Positions 30,798-41,630 of a stretch of DNA of 64,000 nucleotides are shown one piece after another. The position numbers and the translations under genes are program-made. The notes under the pieces are model-generated. The model worked only from the letters and a program-made list of their open reading frames with translations, did no database searches and was not told where the DNA came from. The stretch comes from Spirochaetia bacterium. Its GTDB lineage: Bacteria > Spirochaetota > Spirochaetia > WTKD01 > G963693115. Within the stretch, counting starts at the first letter, position 1. Each line of letters opens with the position of its first letter. Location of the stretch: NCBI GenBank assembly GCA_965218205.1, contig OZ244590.1:1176178-1240177 (forward strand), written 5' to 3'.

Positions 30798-31371
30798 TCT
30801 CTATGCCTCCTGAAATTGCAGTAGGGGAAAATCCAGCTTTTTGTGTTATACTGCTTACAAGTTGTCCCCATGTTTTTTTTCCTCGTTTTTTTCTAAATTG
30901 TACTAATTTTGAGAGGAGCTGTAGTTTCCAAGCATAAATAGCAAGATTCTCTTTGCTCCTCTGGTATTGAGAATCAAGTGCCTCTAGTATATCCCACAGC
31001 GTAGAAAACACTACTAGTTGTGCTTGAAGTGGTGTTTCTGATTGTGCTGTGGAAGATGCCATCTTTATTGCTTCGGCACTTACTGCTCCCCCTTTTATTT
31101 GGGGAAATATCCCTGATTTTACTTTTGTCCATCGAAGCCGTGCTGATTCATGTTGTATTGACTCTACAAAATTGTGCCATTCCTGTGCTATTGCAAGAGA
31201 TGATTCTGCAGGGTTTTCTATTGCTATGCGTATACTACGAGCATCATCTTCTGACAGTATAATTTCACAGCTTACAATAAAGTCTTCTATACTGTACTGC
31301 TCGGGAACAACACTGTCAATATCAAATAAAAGATCAGGAACACTAGCAAGAATATATCCAGCTTCAACCAT
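30787..31371 (-). CDS. Conserved hypothetical protein embedded in the V-ATPase operon (the slot between E and A seen in spirochete/chlamydial operons)
   Basis: 194 aa. No recognisable motif. Position and size match the uncharacterised ORF found between atpE and atpA in Treponema, Borrelia and Chlamydia operons. Confidence 0.6.
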   Translation of the reverse strand: MVEAGYILASVPDLLFDIDSVVPEQYSIEDFIVSCEIILSEDDARSIRIAIENPAESSLAIAQEWHNFVESIQHESARLRWTKVKSGIFPQIKGGAVSAEAIKMASSTAQSETPLQAQLVVFSTLWDILEALDSQYQRSKENLAIYAWKLQLLSKLVQFRKKRGKKTWGQLVSSITQKAGFSPTAISGGIENEH

Positions 31372-31372
31372 T

Positions 31373-31957
31373 TTACTGCAATAACTCCTGAATATTTTGT
31401 GTTAAGAAATGTGTCAAAGCTTCGTTTATTGCTGTTTCACTAAAATCATATTGTAAAGATCCTTGTTCATCACTGGAAATACGGAAGCCTTTTGATAGCT
31501 GTTCGTCTACTTTGATCTCTATAGTTCCTGCACTGTGTAGAGCGGCTGCACTTATTTTTTGTGCATCTTCTTTTGATACATGAACAAACAGCGATTTATT
31601 TGATTGAAAATTCCACTTTGATAATGCTACTTTAATAAGCTCAATTGTAGCTTCGGTACTCAGGGCTTTTGCGAGATTTTTCTGTGCAAAGCTGGCAATG
31701 ATGCTCGCGAGCTGTTCTTTTACCACAAGCAACAAATCTCTCTTTGCCTGCTGCAGTGCTGATGTACCTCGTGTTACGATAGATTCTGATTGTTGTGCAG
31801 CTTGCTGTATTATTTGTTTTGCCTGTGTGCGAGCATCATCTATAATACTCTGAGCTTCTGATTTTGCTTGTGAAACAAGCGAGGAAGCCTCTTCCTTTCC
31901 TTTGTTTACCCCTTCGGTTTTTATTTTATCAATAATCTCATCTAGTTTTACATCCAT
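31373..31957 (-). CDS. atpE: V-type ATP synthase subunit E
   Basis: 194 aa. Highly charged coiled-coil N-terminus MDVKLDEIIDKIKTEG..EEASSLVSQAKSEAQSIIDDARTQAKQI. Confidence 0.85.
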   Translation of the reverse strand: MDVKLDEIIDKIKTEGVNKGKEEASSLVSQAKSEAQSIIDDARTQAKQIIQQAAQQSESIVTRGTSALQQAKRDLLLVVKEQLASIIASFAQKNLAKALSTEATIELIKVALSKWNFQSNKSLFVHVSKEDAQKISAAALHSAGTIEIKVDEQLSKGFRISSDEQGSLQYDFSETAINEALTHFLTQNIQELLQ

Positions 31958-32114
31958 AGATACTCCTCTGAAATATGCTTATAAAGACTTATTTGTATAC
32001 TTAATTATTATTTATATTTAGTATAGAAAAAAAAGCAATCAAAGTCAAGGAGGTAGGGGAGATTTTTTGGAAATTCAATCATCAAAAACAACAAAGGATA
32101 ACACAGAACAGAAA

Positions 32115-32150
32115 TAAAAAAGGTATTCCTTATAGGAATACCTTTTTTAC
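32115..32150. terminator. Bidirectional rho-independent terminator (A5-stem-loop-T6)
   Basis: aaaaa aggtattcct tat aggaatacct tttttt. 10-bp perfect stem flanked by A and T runs, 135 nt downstream of mutS2 and upstream of the V-ATPase promoter region. Confidence 0.7.
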
Positions 32151-32284
32151 AATACAAAAACGATATGCTCTTTACCTAGTTGCACCACAATATCCAGTAT
32201 ACCATGATGAAAGAGCAGAGCAATTGCCTGTAGACATACTACGTGTACTATTAAAAGTACAGTTCAATAATCAGTATTCAATAG

Positions 32285-34792
32285 TTATTCCATGTAAATT
32301 TTAGTAAGTCCTTCTCCGCCCTCTTCAGGTGTTCCAAATTCTTTCCGAAGTACTGCAGTATGCTGTGCTACATACTCGTGTATGGCTTTACGTAATGCTC
32401 CTTCTCCTTTTCCATGAATGATTGAAAACGATGTTTCTTTTTGTAACAATGCCATATCAATATTTTTCTCTAAACGCTGTATAGCTTCTTCTGCTCTATT
32501 GCCACGCAGATCCAGTATTTTTTTAAAATGCTGCTCTATCGTACTTCGTTCAATAATAAACTGACTATGATGTACCTGAGGTTCTTCTGCTCTCTCTGTA
32601 TTTTCTTCTTGCATGTACATTTCACTTGCATGTACTCTCATTTTGATAATACCCACATGTACAATATAATAGTTATTTGCAAGCACCTCTATCACAGTGC
32701 CTTTCGCTTTATTTTTCTTTAAGCACACTGCTGTTCCTAATTCAAAAGAAACGATAGAATTTTTTTCTTGTCTCTGCTTCAAATGTATTTGCATATTCCC
32801 AAGTTCTAGCTTTGCATGCTTGGCTACTTCCCGAAGCTCTTTCACTTTTTTTTGTGAGCTTGAAGATTCTGCTGAAGTGTTTTGTAAATTACTCTGTAAT
32901 GACTGGCTCTGTTCTACCGATTTTCGTAATTGTTGTAATAGTTGTGTTCCTTGTATATAGTTCTCTTTCAATAAGCTCTCTTCTTTTTCATAAACAACAG
33001 CCTCTTTTTGCGATAGCTCTCTCTGTTTACGCTGTAGTTTTTTTTCTAGCATATCTAGTTGCATATTTCTCTGTTCCCAATGCACAATGTATTGCTGAAG
33101 TTTCCGCAAATACTCTTGATACTCTTTCCCGTATTCATTGAGTAACGCTTGCTGGCGCTGTACAATAGAAGAGATCATTCCCACCTGCTTTGCGCATTTT
33201 TCGGCTTCGCTAGTGCCTATTACTCCATATCGTATAGTATGCTTATCATCTCCTCTTCCTTCTTCAACTGAGGCTATTTCTACCGTTTCTTTACTGATAG
33301 CATATTGTTTTAGCAAAGCAAGGTGAGTAGTCACTACTGTATATATATCATGCTGCTCTAAATACTCAAGTATTGCCCATGCCAACGCTCCTCCTTCTCT
33401 ATCGTCTGTATCACTGCATATTTCATCTATAAGGAGTAATGACGGTGCAGCAGATTGGATACGTGTTAGCGAAATAGCATTTTTGGTACTATCAGATTGC
33501 TTTTCATTTTCTGTCTTTTTTTCTGTATCACTTACCATATGTAAAGCGTTTTGAATAGCTTGTAAATGTGCAGTAAAAGTAGAAAGTCCTGTATCTATAT
33601 TTTGAGTATCCCCTATCACCATTGCAATATTTGAAAACACAGGTAACTCTGATGATTGCTGTACGGGGATAGGAATACCACTTTGATTCATAAGTGCAAG
33701 CAATCCAAGTACTTTAAGGGCAAATGTTTTTCCGCCACCATTTGCCCCAGTAATAACAAGCTGTTTACAGTTATGGGGAACATATATATCAATTGGCTCA
33801 GATTGTGCAAGTAAAGGGTGGGTAGCCCCTAACAGTTTTACAGAAAAAGCTTCTTGATTTTGTGTTGGCTTTTTGGTACTTTCATGAGCATGAGGATAGC
33901 TCTGCTTCTGCTGAATGCTTTTTTCTATAGAAGGTATCTGCACTAACTGTCCTTTGATACGTTTTCCATACATATATTGAGCCTGAATCATATCAAAATC
34001 AAGAAACTGCTCATAAAATGTACGAAATGTATTTAGCTGTCGCCTTAATGTTTCACTTATTTTTCGGCATATATCGTAGACAATTTTTTGTTCTTGGTAA
34101 TGTAGATATTCAATCTCATTGTTGTGGTTTTGCATGCTGTGTAGCTCAATAAATACTGTCTCAAAACTAGCAGAATTAGTGTAAATAGTTCCCGATACCT
34201 GTGAACGAAACGATGATTTTATAGGAATCAGCAGTTTGTTGTCACGTATTGTTGCCTGATCACTTTGGCATATAGACATATTTGCTCTCATAAAGGTTTG
34301 TGCAATTTTCACACGTTGTTTCTGAAGAGAAGATTTTTTTGTTTCAATAATACTCAATTCTGGTATATTATCACTACGCAATGCCCCTTTGCTATCAAAA
34401 TAAAAGACAAAGGTATCATATAGGCTTTTAGGAAAATGCGTTTTAGCAAAAAAGCTGTACTCATTAGCATGGGCCCATGCATGATATGCCCACATAGTTT
34501 CCAGTGCAATACGTAATTGTATTGCTTCTTCAATATAGAGCTCACGTTTTTTTATGTGAGCAAGAAACACAAACAGCGAAGAAAAAGAATGTGTTGTAGG
34601 CAACTCTTTCACACTTGTAGCAACAGAAAAATTTCTCACTTTTTTGTGTACATCAGACACCGCTATAGTATTGAACATAGGGCGTTGTGCAAGAAATTGT
34701 TGATGAGAATCAGAGGCAACACAATACCGCGTTACTTCTTCAATAACTTTGTAATAGTCAAGAACTTCAAGTACCTGTGTGTGTGCTTGCAT
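32285..34792 (-). CDS. mutS2: Endonuclease MutS2 (MutS domains plus C-terminal Smr)
   Basis: 835 aa. Walker A GANGGGKTFALK. C-terminal Smr motif ILDLRGNRAEEAI...IIHGKGEGALRKAIHEY. Confidence 0.9.
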   Translation of the reverse strand: MQAHTQVLEVLDYYKVIEEVTRYCVASDSHQQFLAQRPMFNTIAVSDVHKKVRNFSVATSVKELPTTHSFSSLFVFLAHIKKRELYIEEAIQLRIALETMWAYHAWAHANEYSFFAKTHFPKSLYDTFVFYFDSKGALRSDNIPELSIIETKKSSLQKQRVKIAQTFMRANMSICQSDQATIRDNKLLIPIKSSFRSQVSGTIYTNSASFETVFIELHSMQNHNNEIEYLHYQEQKIVYDICRKISETLRRQLNTFRTFYEQFLDFDMIQAQYMYGKRIKGQLVQIPSIEKSIQQKQSYPHAHESTKKPTQNQEAFSVKLLGATHPLLAQSEPIDIYVPHNCKQLVITGANGGGKTFALKVLGLLALMNQSGIPIPVQQSSELPVFSNIAMVIGDTQNIDTGLSTFTAHLQAIQNALHMVSDTEKKTENEKQSDSTKNAISLTRIQSAAPSLLLIDEICSDTDDREGGALAWAILEYLEQHDIYTVVTTHLALLKQYAISKETVEIASVEEGRGDDKHTIRYGVIGTSEAEKCAKQVGMISSIVQRQQALLNEYGKEYQEYLRKLQQYIVHWEQRNMQLDMLEKKLQRKQRELSQKEAVVYEKEESLLKENYIQGTQLLQQLRKSVEQSQSLQSNLQNTSAESSSSQKKVKELREVAKHAKLELGNMQIHLKQRQEKNSIVSFELGTAVCLKKNKAKGTVIEVLANNYYIVHVGIIKMRVHASEMYMQEENTERAEEPQVHHSQFIIERSTIEQHFKKILDLRGNRAEEAIQRLEKNIDMALLQKETSFSIIHGKGEGALRKAIHEYVAQHTAVLRKEFGTPEEGGEGLTKIYME

Positions 34793-34818
34793 CTATGGAA
34801 CAATCCTTTTTGTATATA

Positions 34819-35946
34819 TCATTTTTTACGTTGATGTTTCTCTTGTGGCTTACTGTACCATTTCTTACGCTTATTTTCATGAAACTCTATTTCAGCACGA
34901 AGTTTGACATAACTCTCATACCGCGATTCTGCTATCATAGTTCCTACTTGAGGAAGCAGCATGCATCCCGGTTCGTCTCTATGACTACAGGTTGGCAGCT
35001 TACACTGCTTGGCATACTGTTCAAATTCTGGGAATGCTAGAATGACTGAAGTGGGAGGCAGTTGTGATGGTATCATATCTCGCATTCCAGGAGTATCTAC
35101 AATAGCATATCCATCTCCAAAGCATAGCTCGGGCATGGTAGTAGTGTGTCTCCCTTCTTTGTACTTTACTGATAAAGACAATACTTTTCGTTGTAACCTT
35201 GGGTACAGTGCATTTAACAAAGAAGATTTTCCTACACCAGAGCGACCTAGCACAGCGATCATTTTTCCATAGATATACTGCTTAAGGTGAGCGGGGGTAT
35301 AATTGTGTAATACTGTATGTTTGTTCGTATGGGTACTAGTATATACAAAAGAAAAAAAGTGAGGCATATACTGCGACAATATACTTACTCTCAAACGAAT
35401 AGGCTCTGGAAGCATAGCTTGTAACGAAAAAGAATCATGGGTACAAGGAGCGTTCTCTTGTATAGTTTCTTTATTACTGTGCAGATACTTTTCAAAAAGT
35501 AAGTCTATTTTGTTTATCACTATGATTGCAGGAAGTGTTTCCAACAGAGAGAGACATACTATTTTATCAAAAAAAACAGCATTAAATTCGGGCTCCTGCA
35601 CAGAAAACACTGCCATAATAGCATCACTATTTACTGCCATACAGTGATGCATATCTCTTCGCACACGGAGTAAACTATTTTTTCTTTGTATGCTTCCCGT
35701 AATAACTCCGTGTTTATTGTCAATATATTCAAAATATACCCTGTCTCCTGCCATAAGAAAATTATTAAGCTCCAGTGTGCTTTCTGTAATATTCCCTCTC
35801 TTTCCTTTAATCCTACATTCAATACATTGTTCATATATTTTGTCAGGATAACTAGCATTTTGTAAAAACATTTCATATGCTTCTATAGGGAGAACAAGAA
35901 AAATATTTCGGGTACCACGTACTACAACACCAATAACATCAGACAT
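34819..35946 (-). CDS. rsgA: Ribosome small-subunit-dependent GTPase A
   Basis: Circularly permuted GTPase. G1 GRSGVGKSSLLNAL, G3 DTPGM. C-terminal zinc knuckle CKLPTCSHRDEPGC. Confidence 0.88.
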   Translation of the reverse strand: MSDVIGVVVRGTRNIFLVLPIEAYEMFLQNASYPDKIYEQCIECRIKGKRGNITESTLELNNFLMAGDRVYFEYIDNKHGVITGSIQRKNSLLRVRRDMHHCMAVNSDAIMAVFSVQEPEFNAVFFDKIVCLSLLETLPAIIVINKIDLLFEKYLHSNKETIQENAPCTHDSFSLQAMLPEPIRLRVSILSQYMPHFFSFVYTSTHTNKHTVLHNYTPAHLKQYIYGKMIAVLGRSGVGKSSLLNALYPRLQRKVLSLSVKYKEGRHTTTMPELCFGDGYAIVDTPGMRDMIPSQLPPTSVILAFPEFEQYAKQCKLPTCSHRDEPGCMLLPQVGTMIAESRYESYVKLRAEIEFHENKRKKWYSKPQEKHQRKK

Positions 35947-35997
35947 ACTATTCCTTTTTCATATTTTGTACATTATATTACTTTTTTTGCATAAGCA

Positions 35998-36867
35998 TTA
36001 CATACCATGAGCAATAATGCCCCCGTATTGATACTGGGAAATTTGTACATACTGCTTAAATTCTTCTTCTCTCTCAACATCAGTAATATACAGCGTAGGA
36101 ACACATGCATCCACTGTATCAGTTCGTATATGGTTTGCTGTTTCTTGCTCTGTACTTTCCTCTCTCTGTTCTGTTTTATGTTCAATAGCATGCAGAATAG
36201 TACCAATTTGCTTTACTACTCCCTCCAATGAATGATATATCGTAATACCCTCTGGCAATAAGCGTTCTAGTTGTTTTCTAATGAACAAAAAATGAGTACA
36301 AGCAAGCACAACGCTATCTATGTTAAGCTCTTTTATTTCCATGACAATTTTCTCAAGTAAAGAAGCTACATACTGTCCATACGCATCCGAATGAGAAAGC
36401 ACCATCTTTTCTATAGATTCTACTAATTCGGGAAAACCACGTAAAAATATTTGCATATCGTCCGCAAATTCTTGGAGCAATGCATCTGTATATTTGTTTT
36501 TCTTTGTAGCGGTAGTACTCATCATGTACATACGTTTTCCTTTTGCATGGAATACAGGCTTTATTGCAGGAACAACCCCAACAAAGTTGACTGATAGCTT
36601 TTTGGAGTATGCTGCACGTAATACCTGTAATGCAGATACAGAGGCAGTATTACACGCTAGCACAATAATACTAGACTTACATGTATCAATAACACGCTGA
36701 CACAAAGCAAGAAGTCTCTGTTGTATATGTTCTGCTTCATGGTTTCCATACGGAAAAAATTGTGTATCAGCAATATAACTCACTTCTACATCAGGATAGG
36801 CTTGCAAAAACGCATCACAATATATTAACCCTCCCACTCCTGAATCTATAAAAGACACATGTACCAT
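35998..36867 (-). CDS. murI: Glutamate racemase
   Basis: N-terminus VSFIDSGVGGLIY. Catalytic-Cys contexts VLACNTAS and VLACTHF. Confidence 0.9.
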   Translation of the reverse strand: MVHVSFIDSGVGGLIYCDAFLQAYPDVEVSYIADTQFFPYGNHEAEHIQQRLLALCQRVIDTCKSSIIVLACNTASVSALQVLRAAYSKKLSVNFVGVVPAIKPVFHAKGKRMYMMSTTATKKNKYTDALLQEFADDMQIFLRGFPELVESIEKMVLSHSDAYGQYVASLLEKIVMEIKELNIDSVVLACTHFLFIRKQLERLLPEGITIYHSLEGVVKQIGTILHAIEHKTEQREESTEQETANHIRTDTVDACVPTLYITDVEREEEFKQYVQISQYQYGGIIAHGM

Positions 36868-36887
36868 ATTTGTAGTATACTAATTTT

Positions 36888-37382
36888 GTGGATTATCATT
36901 TTTTCTCGCTTTATTCTTATATTGATGCTAAGGATACTACGACTGCATCTACTGATTTCTCAAATAATTTCTTACATACTATTAGGCAATCGCATAAAAT
37001 TCTCAATAAGGTATTTTCTAACATGCAAAGAGACACTTTACATGTTGATTGCAATGCCCATTTTTTTATCAACTGTACCTTTGAATCGTTACAATTTAAT
37101 GAAAGCAATTTTTCTCTGTGTACATTTTATAACTGCAATTTCTATGACTGTCGTTTTTTTGATTGCTCTTTAGAAACTATGGGATTGTTTAACTGTGCTT
37201 TTACAGACTGCACCATACAAGAAAGCATTTTGAATTATTCTCGTTTTATTGATGGCACTATATCATCATTGTATATTGAAGATTGCAACTTACAAGGAAC
37301 TATGTTTTATTTGGACAAAGCTCATACTCGTAATATTATGATACAGTATAGCAACGATGAGGATGCCTACTTTAATGAGTGA
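36888..37382 (+). CDS. Pentapeptide-repeat protein (hypothetical)
   Basis: 164 aa with consecutive A(N/D/C)LxF-like pentapeptides (NCTFESLQFNESNFSLCTFYNCNFYDCRFFDCSL...). Confidence 0.55.
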   Translation: MDYHFFSLYSYIDAKDTTTASTDFSNNFLHTIRQSHKILNKVFSNMQRDTLHVDCNAHFFINCTFESLQFNESNFSLCTFYNCNFYDCRFFDCSLETMGLFNCAFTDCTIQESILNYSRFIDGTISSLYIEDCNLQGTMFYLDKAHTRNIMIQYSNDEDAYFNE

Positions 37383-38025
37383 TATGCTTACACACCATCA
37401 TATATATCAGAAAATGAACACACTTTCTCTTGGTTCTTCACATGCTACATATGACAAACTATTCTGTTACATACACAAAAAACATAACACTTGGATATTT
37501 TTCTGTGCTTGTTCTTATACTGTGTTTTTAATAGATCCTCCTGATATTCAACAACAGATTGTGGATTGCATTTATTCATTACAGGCAAAAAAATATTATT
37601 ATATTCTCACTCGGCATCATAGAACAAAACTAGAAAACTTAAAACAGTGGATTCAACTGTTTCCATTTCAGCTTTTAGCACATAACCAAGCATACTTTGA
37701 TTACAACATTCATAGTACAGAAACACAGCAAAAAGAAAGCCAAAGCAAAATAGAACAGAATATTGCAAATGTAACACTTATTAGAGGCAAATATGACATA
37801 GATCATTGTCTTTTAGCATATAAAAAACCATTTTTATTTTGCGGAGAAATTTTACAAAGACAACAAGACAATCAATTACATTATCATAAAATTTCTAAAA
37901 CTATTCTCAATTTCTTACAAAAAATACCGAAAGATACTATTATCCTCCCTTCCACTGGACCAATAGAATTATTAGAATTTCTTCCTATTTCTTTTACTCA
38001 ACCAAGAGATATTTTCTCAACATAA
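37357..38025 (+). CDS. Hypothetical protein, possible degenerate MBL-fold (metallo-beta-lactamase-like). Metal-binding HxHxDH not conserved
   Basis: 222 aa. The segment FLIDPPD...YYYILTRHHRTKLENL aligns loosely to the MBL beta-strand/HxHxDH region, but reads TRHHRTK. Confidence 0.4.
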   Translation: MRMPTLMSDMLTHHHIYQKMNTLSLGSSHATYDKLFCYIHKKHNTWIFFCACSYTVFLIDPPDIQQQIVDCIYSLQAKKYYYILTRHHRTKLENLKQWIQLFPFQLLAHNQAYFDYNIHSTETQQKESQSKIEQNIANVTLIRGKYDIDHCLLAYKKPFLFCGEILQRQQDNQLHYHKISKTILNFLQKIPKDTIILPSTGPIELLEFLPISFTQPRDIFST

Positions 38026-38052
38026 AAGACACATAGCTACTCTGTATACATA

Positions 38053-39195
38053 TTATACAGTATATCCTATTGTTTTACAAAGCTGTTGCATATCTGCAGG
38101 TACAGGACTCGTATAGGTTGTAGCTTGTATCCCTAACTTCTGAACAATAGTGCGTAACATAGCATCTCCAGCACTCATGCTGGGACTACTCCTGTCATGA
38201 TCTCTTTCTTTATGAAAAGAGCTATGCACATACTGTTGTGTGTGCGGATGAGTAAGGATAGCACTAGGATGATAAAAAGATATTGTCCATGCATGCAACA
38301 TCAACTTTACAGCAGGAAATTCCTGCGATTTTCTTGCATACAGCTCATCTCCTATAATGGGACATCCAAGATGCTGTGCTACTACCCGTAACTGATGCGT
38401 CCTGCCCGTACGAGGCATACATAATAGCACTGTATATTTTCCGTTAGTAAAGAGTATCTGGTACTGAGTAACTGTTTCTCTCCCTCCTTGTGGTACTACA
38501 CAAAAACGTTTTCTATGCACTCTGTTTCTCTCCATATTGACAATAACAGTATCCTGTTCCTTTGGAGGCATTCCTTTTACTATGGCAAGATATTTTTTTT
38601 CTACAAGACGCTCTTGAAACTGTTTGCTCAGTATCGTATGTGCCTCAGATGTTTTTGCAATAAGCAAACTACCACTGGTATCTTTATCCAGTCTATGAAC
38701 AATACCTGCTCGAGCATGCAACATATCTTCTTTCCGATAGCTTAATAGTTTATTTACTACTGCATCAGCTATTGTAATACTATCTTTATGTCCATTTCCT
38801 GAGTGTACTAATTGGCCTCTTGCCTTATTTAGCACCATTACCACCGAATCTTCATATATAATATCCAATGCATATGCTTCTGTGATAGCAGAAAGATGCC
38901 TATGTTCTGCCCCCTCTTTCTCTGATGTCTTTTTTATCACAGGAAGATCAAAATGAGCCTCCACATAATCTCCATGCTGTACTATATACGAAAATTTTAC
39001 CTTTTTTTTGTTTACTATTATGTTTGAACAAAGCTGTCGTATTTGTGAACGACTTAGCTGTAATGGCAACAATGATATATAGGTATCAACACGTATATCA
39101 TTCACAAAACACACACAGCATTTCAGTACCATGTATGGTGAGATATGTGACATAACAGCCTCTTTCTGTATATTTTGATGTTGCATGCTATCCAA
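38053..39195 (-). CDS. rluD: RluA-family 23S rRNA pseudouridine synthase (RluD/RluC-like, N-terminal S4-like domain)
   Basis: Catalytic motif HRLDKDTSGSLLIAKT. 380 aa. Confidence 0.85.
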   Translation of the reverse strand: MDSMQHQNIQKEAVMSHISPYMVLKCCVCFVNDIRVDTYISLLPLQLSRSQIRQLCSNIIVNKKKVKFSYIVQHGDYVEAHFDLPVIKKTSEKEGAEHRHLSAITEAYALDIIYEDSVVMVLNKARGQLVHSGNGHKDSITIADAVVNKLLSYRKEDMLHARAGIVHRLDKDTSGSLLIAKTSEAHTILSKQFQERLVEKKYLAIVKGMPPKEQDTVIVNMERNRVHRKRFCVVPQGGRETVTQYQILFTNGKYTVLLCMPRTGRTHQLRVVAQHLGCPIIGDELYARKSQEFPAVKLMLHAWTISFYHPSAILTHPHTQQYVHSSFHKERDHDRSSPSMSAGDAMLRTIVQKLGIQATTYTSPVPADMQQLCKTIGYTV

Positions 39196-39200
39196 AGATA

Positions 39201-39743
39201 TTACTGCACACTCTCAAATAACTCATCAATGGCAGCATCAGTATTATCTGTGATAAGCGAAATAATTAAATCAGCAAGGGCTATAGATATAGAAACTCCC
39301 AATCCAATAAACAGTACAGAAACAACTTCATCAGAAGTGTACACAGGTTTATCAGCACCTCCAAAAAACAAAGGAAGATACTTTGATTGAAAAGAATTAT
39401 TTTGTATACTAAAATCTATTGTTCGGTAGGTATCAAATATCACCGAAGAGAGCAATATAGAAAAAGGAAAGCTCCCAACAGTGATAGCAAAAAAACGATA
39501 GGTATAGTATGCTCCAAGAGAAAATTCATCCTCTGTTTGCTCATAAGGGACAGGTTCAGGCTTTGTTTTTTTAGGAGGATCAAGAATATTAGGCAAATCT
39601 TTGCTATCTTCACGTGGTTTGACATTTTCATTTCTTGTTCCTTCTTGTGCAACAAGTGGCATTCCTATACACACAATACTAAGCAATACACAAACAACAA
39701 TCTTTTGTTTAGTAGATATACATTGAATAAGGATATGTTTCAT
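39201..39743 (-). CDS. Hypothetical exported/membrane protein
   Basis: 180 aa. N-terminal signal peptide and a C-terminal TM segment. Overlaps yggS by 4 nt. Confidence 0.5.
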   Translation of the reverse strand: MKHILIQCISTKQKIVVCVLLSIVCIGMPLVAQEGTRNENVKPREDSKDLPNILDPPKKTKPEPVPYEQTEDEFSLGAYYTYRFFAITVGSFPFSILLSSVIFDTYRTIDFSIQNNSFQSKYLPLFFGGADKPVYTSDEVVSVLFIGLGVSISIALADLIISLITDNTDAAIDELFESVQ

Positions 39744-40534
39744 TTTCGCACTCCAAATATTTTAGAACCAAGTCGTAACATAGTACTCCCTTCTGCAATA
39801 GCGTAACAGTAGTCATTACTCATTCCCATAGAAATATCAGGAGAACGCATAATACCAAAGTATTTCCATGCATGTTCTGCCCACTGTCTCGTAAGAGCAA
39901 ATCCTTCGCGTATTATTTTTTCATCGTCACAAAACGGAGCAATAGTCATAACTCCTCGCACATCAATATACTCTTTTTGTTGCATACAAAACTCAACAGC
40001 AGACAACAATGCATCTATGGTATCAAACCCATGCTTATAATCATACTGAGAACAACGGATTTGCAAAAAAACAGGATATGGCATTACTGCTTGTGTGTAT
40101 GTTGCATCAGAAGTACTCTCATTATACTGCTTTTGCTCCTGTTGTTTTAGATGTGTCGCTATTTTTTCTAACAGAGCAAAAGAGTCAACGCTTTGAATAC
40201 AAGAAAAATGGTGTAAGGCTTTCCCTATTTTATTACTTTGAAGCGTACCAATAAGATGTACTTCAATATCTTTCGTTATCTGATCAGTATCACATGCAAA
40301 GGCAGTGGCATAATCCTGCTTCTTTTTAATAAACTCTTGTACTTTATTTTCACCAAAAAGCAACATACCGCAATCCTTTGCCACTACAATGTTTTCAAAA
40401 GGATGGGTTTTACTTACCACAAGTAATTGTAAAGACTCTTTCTTGCGATTATGTTTCTCTAAGATAGTCTCTATGTCAGCAAGTACTTGCTGTAATGAGG
40501 CTTGAATAGTATCGTGCATATGAGGAAACTGCAT
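39740..40534 (-). CDS. yggS: YggS-family PLP homeostasis protein (alanine-racemase-fold)
   Basis: LLVVSKTHP (PLP-binding Lys). HLIGTLQSNK. C-terminus SMGMSNDYCYAIAEGSTMLRLGSKIFG matches E. coli YggS throughout. Confidence 0.88.
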   Translation of the reverse strand: MQFPHMHDTIQASLQQVLADIETILEKHNRKKESLQLLVVSKTHPFENIVVAKDCGMLLFGENKVQEFIKKKQDYATAFACDTDQITKDIEVHLIGTLQSNKIGKALHHFSCIQSVDSFALLEKIATHLKQQEQKQYNESTSDATYTQAVMPYPVFLQIRCSQYDYKHGFDTIDALLSAVEFCMQQKEYIDVRGVMTIAPFCDDEKIIREGFALTRQWAEHAWKYFGIMRSPDISMGMSNDYCYAIAEGSTMLRLGSKIFGVRK

Positions 40535-40660
40535 AGCTATAATAATGAAACTCCGAGATGTATATACTTGTTATTTTCTACAAAATATGTGTTACTTTTC
40601 ATTGACTAATTTGTTATGTCTTGTTATAGTATAGTAAACTGTAAAAATAGAGGCTAGACT

Positions 40661-41614
40661 ATGAATACTCAAAAACAAACTACACAAGCTCATGCTTCTA
40701 CACCAGCCATTCAGTATGGAGAATGGGCTTCTCTACAAAATGAAACATGGAAAATAAAACGCTCCCTGTCCGAAATGCTAAAAGGAGGCGTTATTATGGA
40801 TGTAGTAACTGCTGAGCAAGCAAAGATAGCTACTGACGCTGGAGCACAAGCAGTGATGGCATTAGAAAGAGTACCTGCAGATATACGAAAAGCAGGAGGC
40901 ATTGCCCGTATGTCTGATCCAAAAATGATTGAATCTATACAGAAAGCAGTTGATATACCAGTTATGGCAAAATGTCGTATAGGACATATAGCTGAAGCCC
41001 GCATATTACAAGCACTTGAAATAGATTTTATAGATGAAAGCGAAGTGCTTACTCCTGCAGATGATAAATTTCATATTGATAAAGAACAGTTTACTATCCC
41101 CTTTGTATGCGGTTGCCGTAACCTTGGCGAAGCCCTGCGTCGCATAGGAGAAGGAGCAGTACTCATTCGCACAAAAGGAGAAGCTGGTACTGGTGATATA
41201 GTGGAAGCAGTAACACACATGCGTACCTTACTCAATGAGATTGCTCGTCTCAGTGTACTTCCTGAAGAAGAGTTAATGAATGCAGCAAAAGAGCTAGGAG
41301 CTCCTTACACATTAGTCAAAGAAGTGGCAAAAACAAAAAAACTCCCTGTTCCTAATTTTTCTGCAGGAGGAGTTGCTACCCCAGCAGATGCAGCGCTTAT
41401 GCGTCTATTAGGTGCTGAAGCAGTATTTGTAGGCTCTGGCGTATTTAAGTCTTCTCAACCTTCTCGTATGGCAAAGGCAATAGTACAAGCAGTAGCTAAC
41501 TATGACGATCCCGATACACTTGCAAAAATATCTTATGATTTAGGAACTGCTATGGAAAGCATTTCTTCTAAAACATTAGAAGAACATCAGAAATTAGCTT
41601 CTAGAGGCTGGTAA
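40661..41614 (+). CDS. pdxS: Pyridoxal 5'-phosphate synthase lyase subunit
   Basis: [20 protein letters not shown]...AKCRIGH is the highly conserved PdxS core. The true start is possibly an internal Met. Confidence 0.92.
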   Translation: MNTQKQTTQAHASTPAIQYGEWASLQNETWKIKRSLSEMLKGGVIMDVVTAEQAKIATDAGAQAVMALERVPADIRKAGGIARMSDPKMIESIQKAVDIPVMAKCRIGHIAEARILQALEIDFIDESEVLTPADDKFHIDKEQFTIPFVCGCRNLGEALRRIGEGAVLIRTKGEAGTGDIVEAVTHMRTLLNEIARLSVLPEEELMNAAKELGAPYTLVKEVAKTKKLPVPNFSAGGVATPADAALMRLLGAEAVFVGSGVFKSSQPSRMAKAIVQAVANYDDPDTLAKISYDLGTAMESISSKTLEEHQKLASRGW

Positions 41615-41630
41615 TCCAGCAATACTATAA

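Noticed and set aside
31958-32284. 327-bp intergenic region checked for tRNA or other structured RNA
   Set aside because: It is uniformly AT-rich with no GC-rich acceptor-like stems. Only the bidirectional terminator hairpin is present.
35973-36206. 77-aa minus-strand ORF overlapping the 3' part of murI in another frame
   Set aside because: It is fully embedded in murI, has low-complexity sequence, and has no independent signals.
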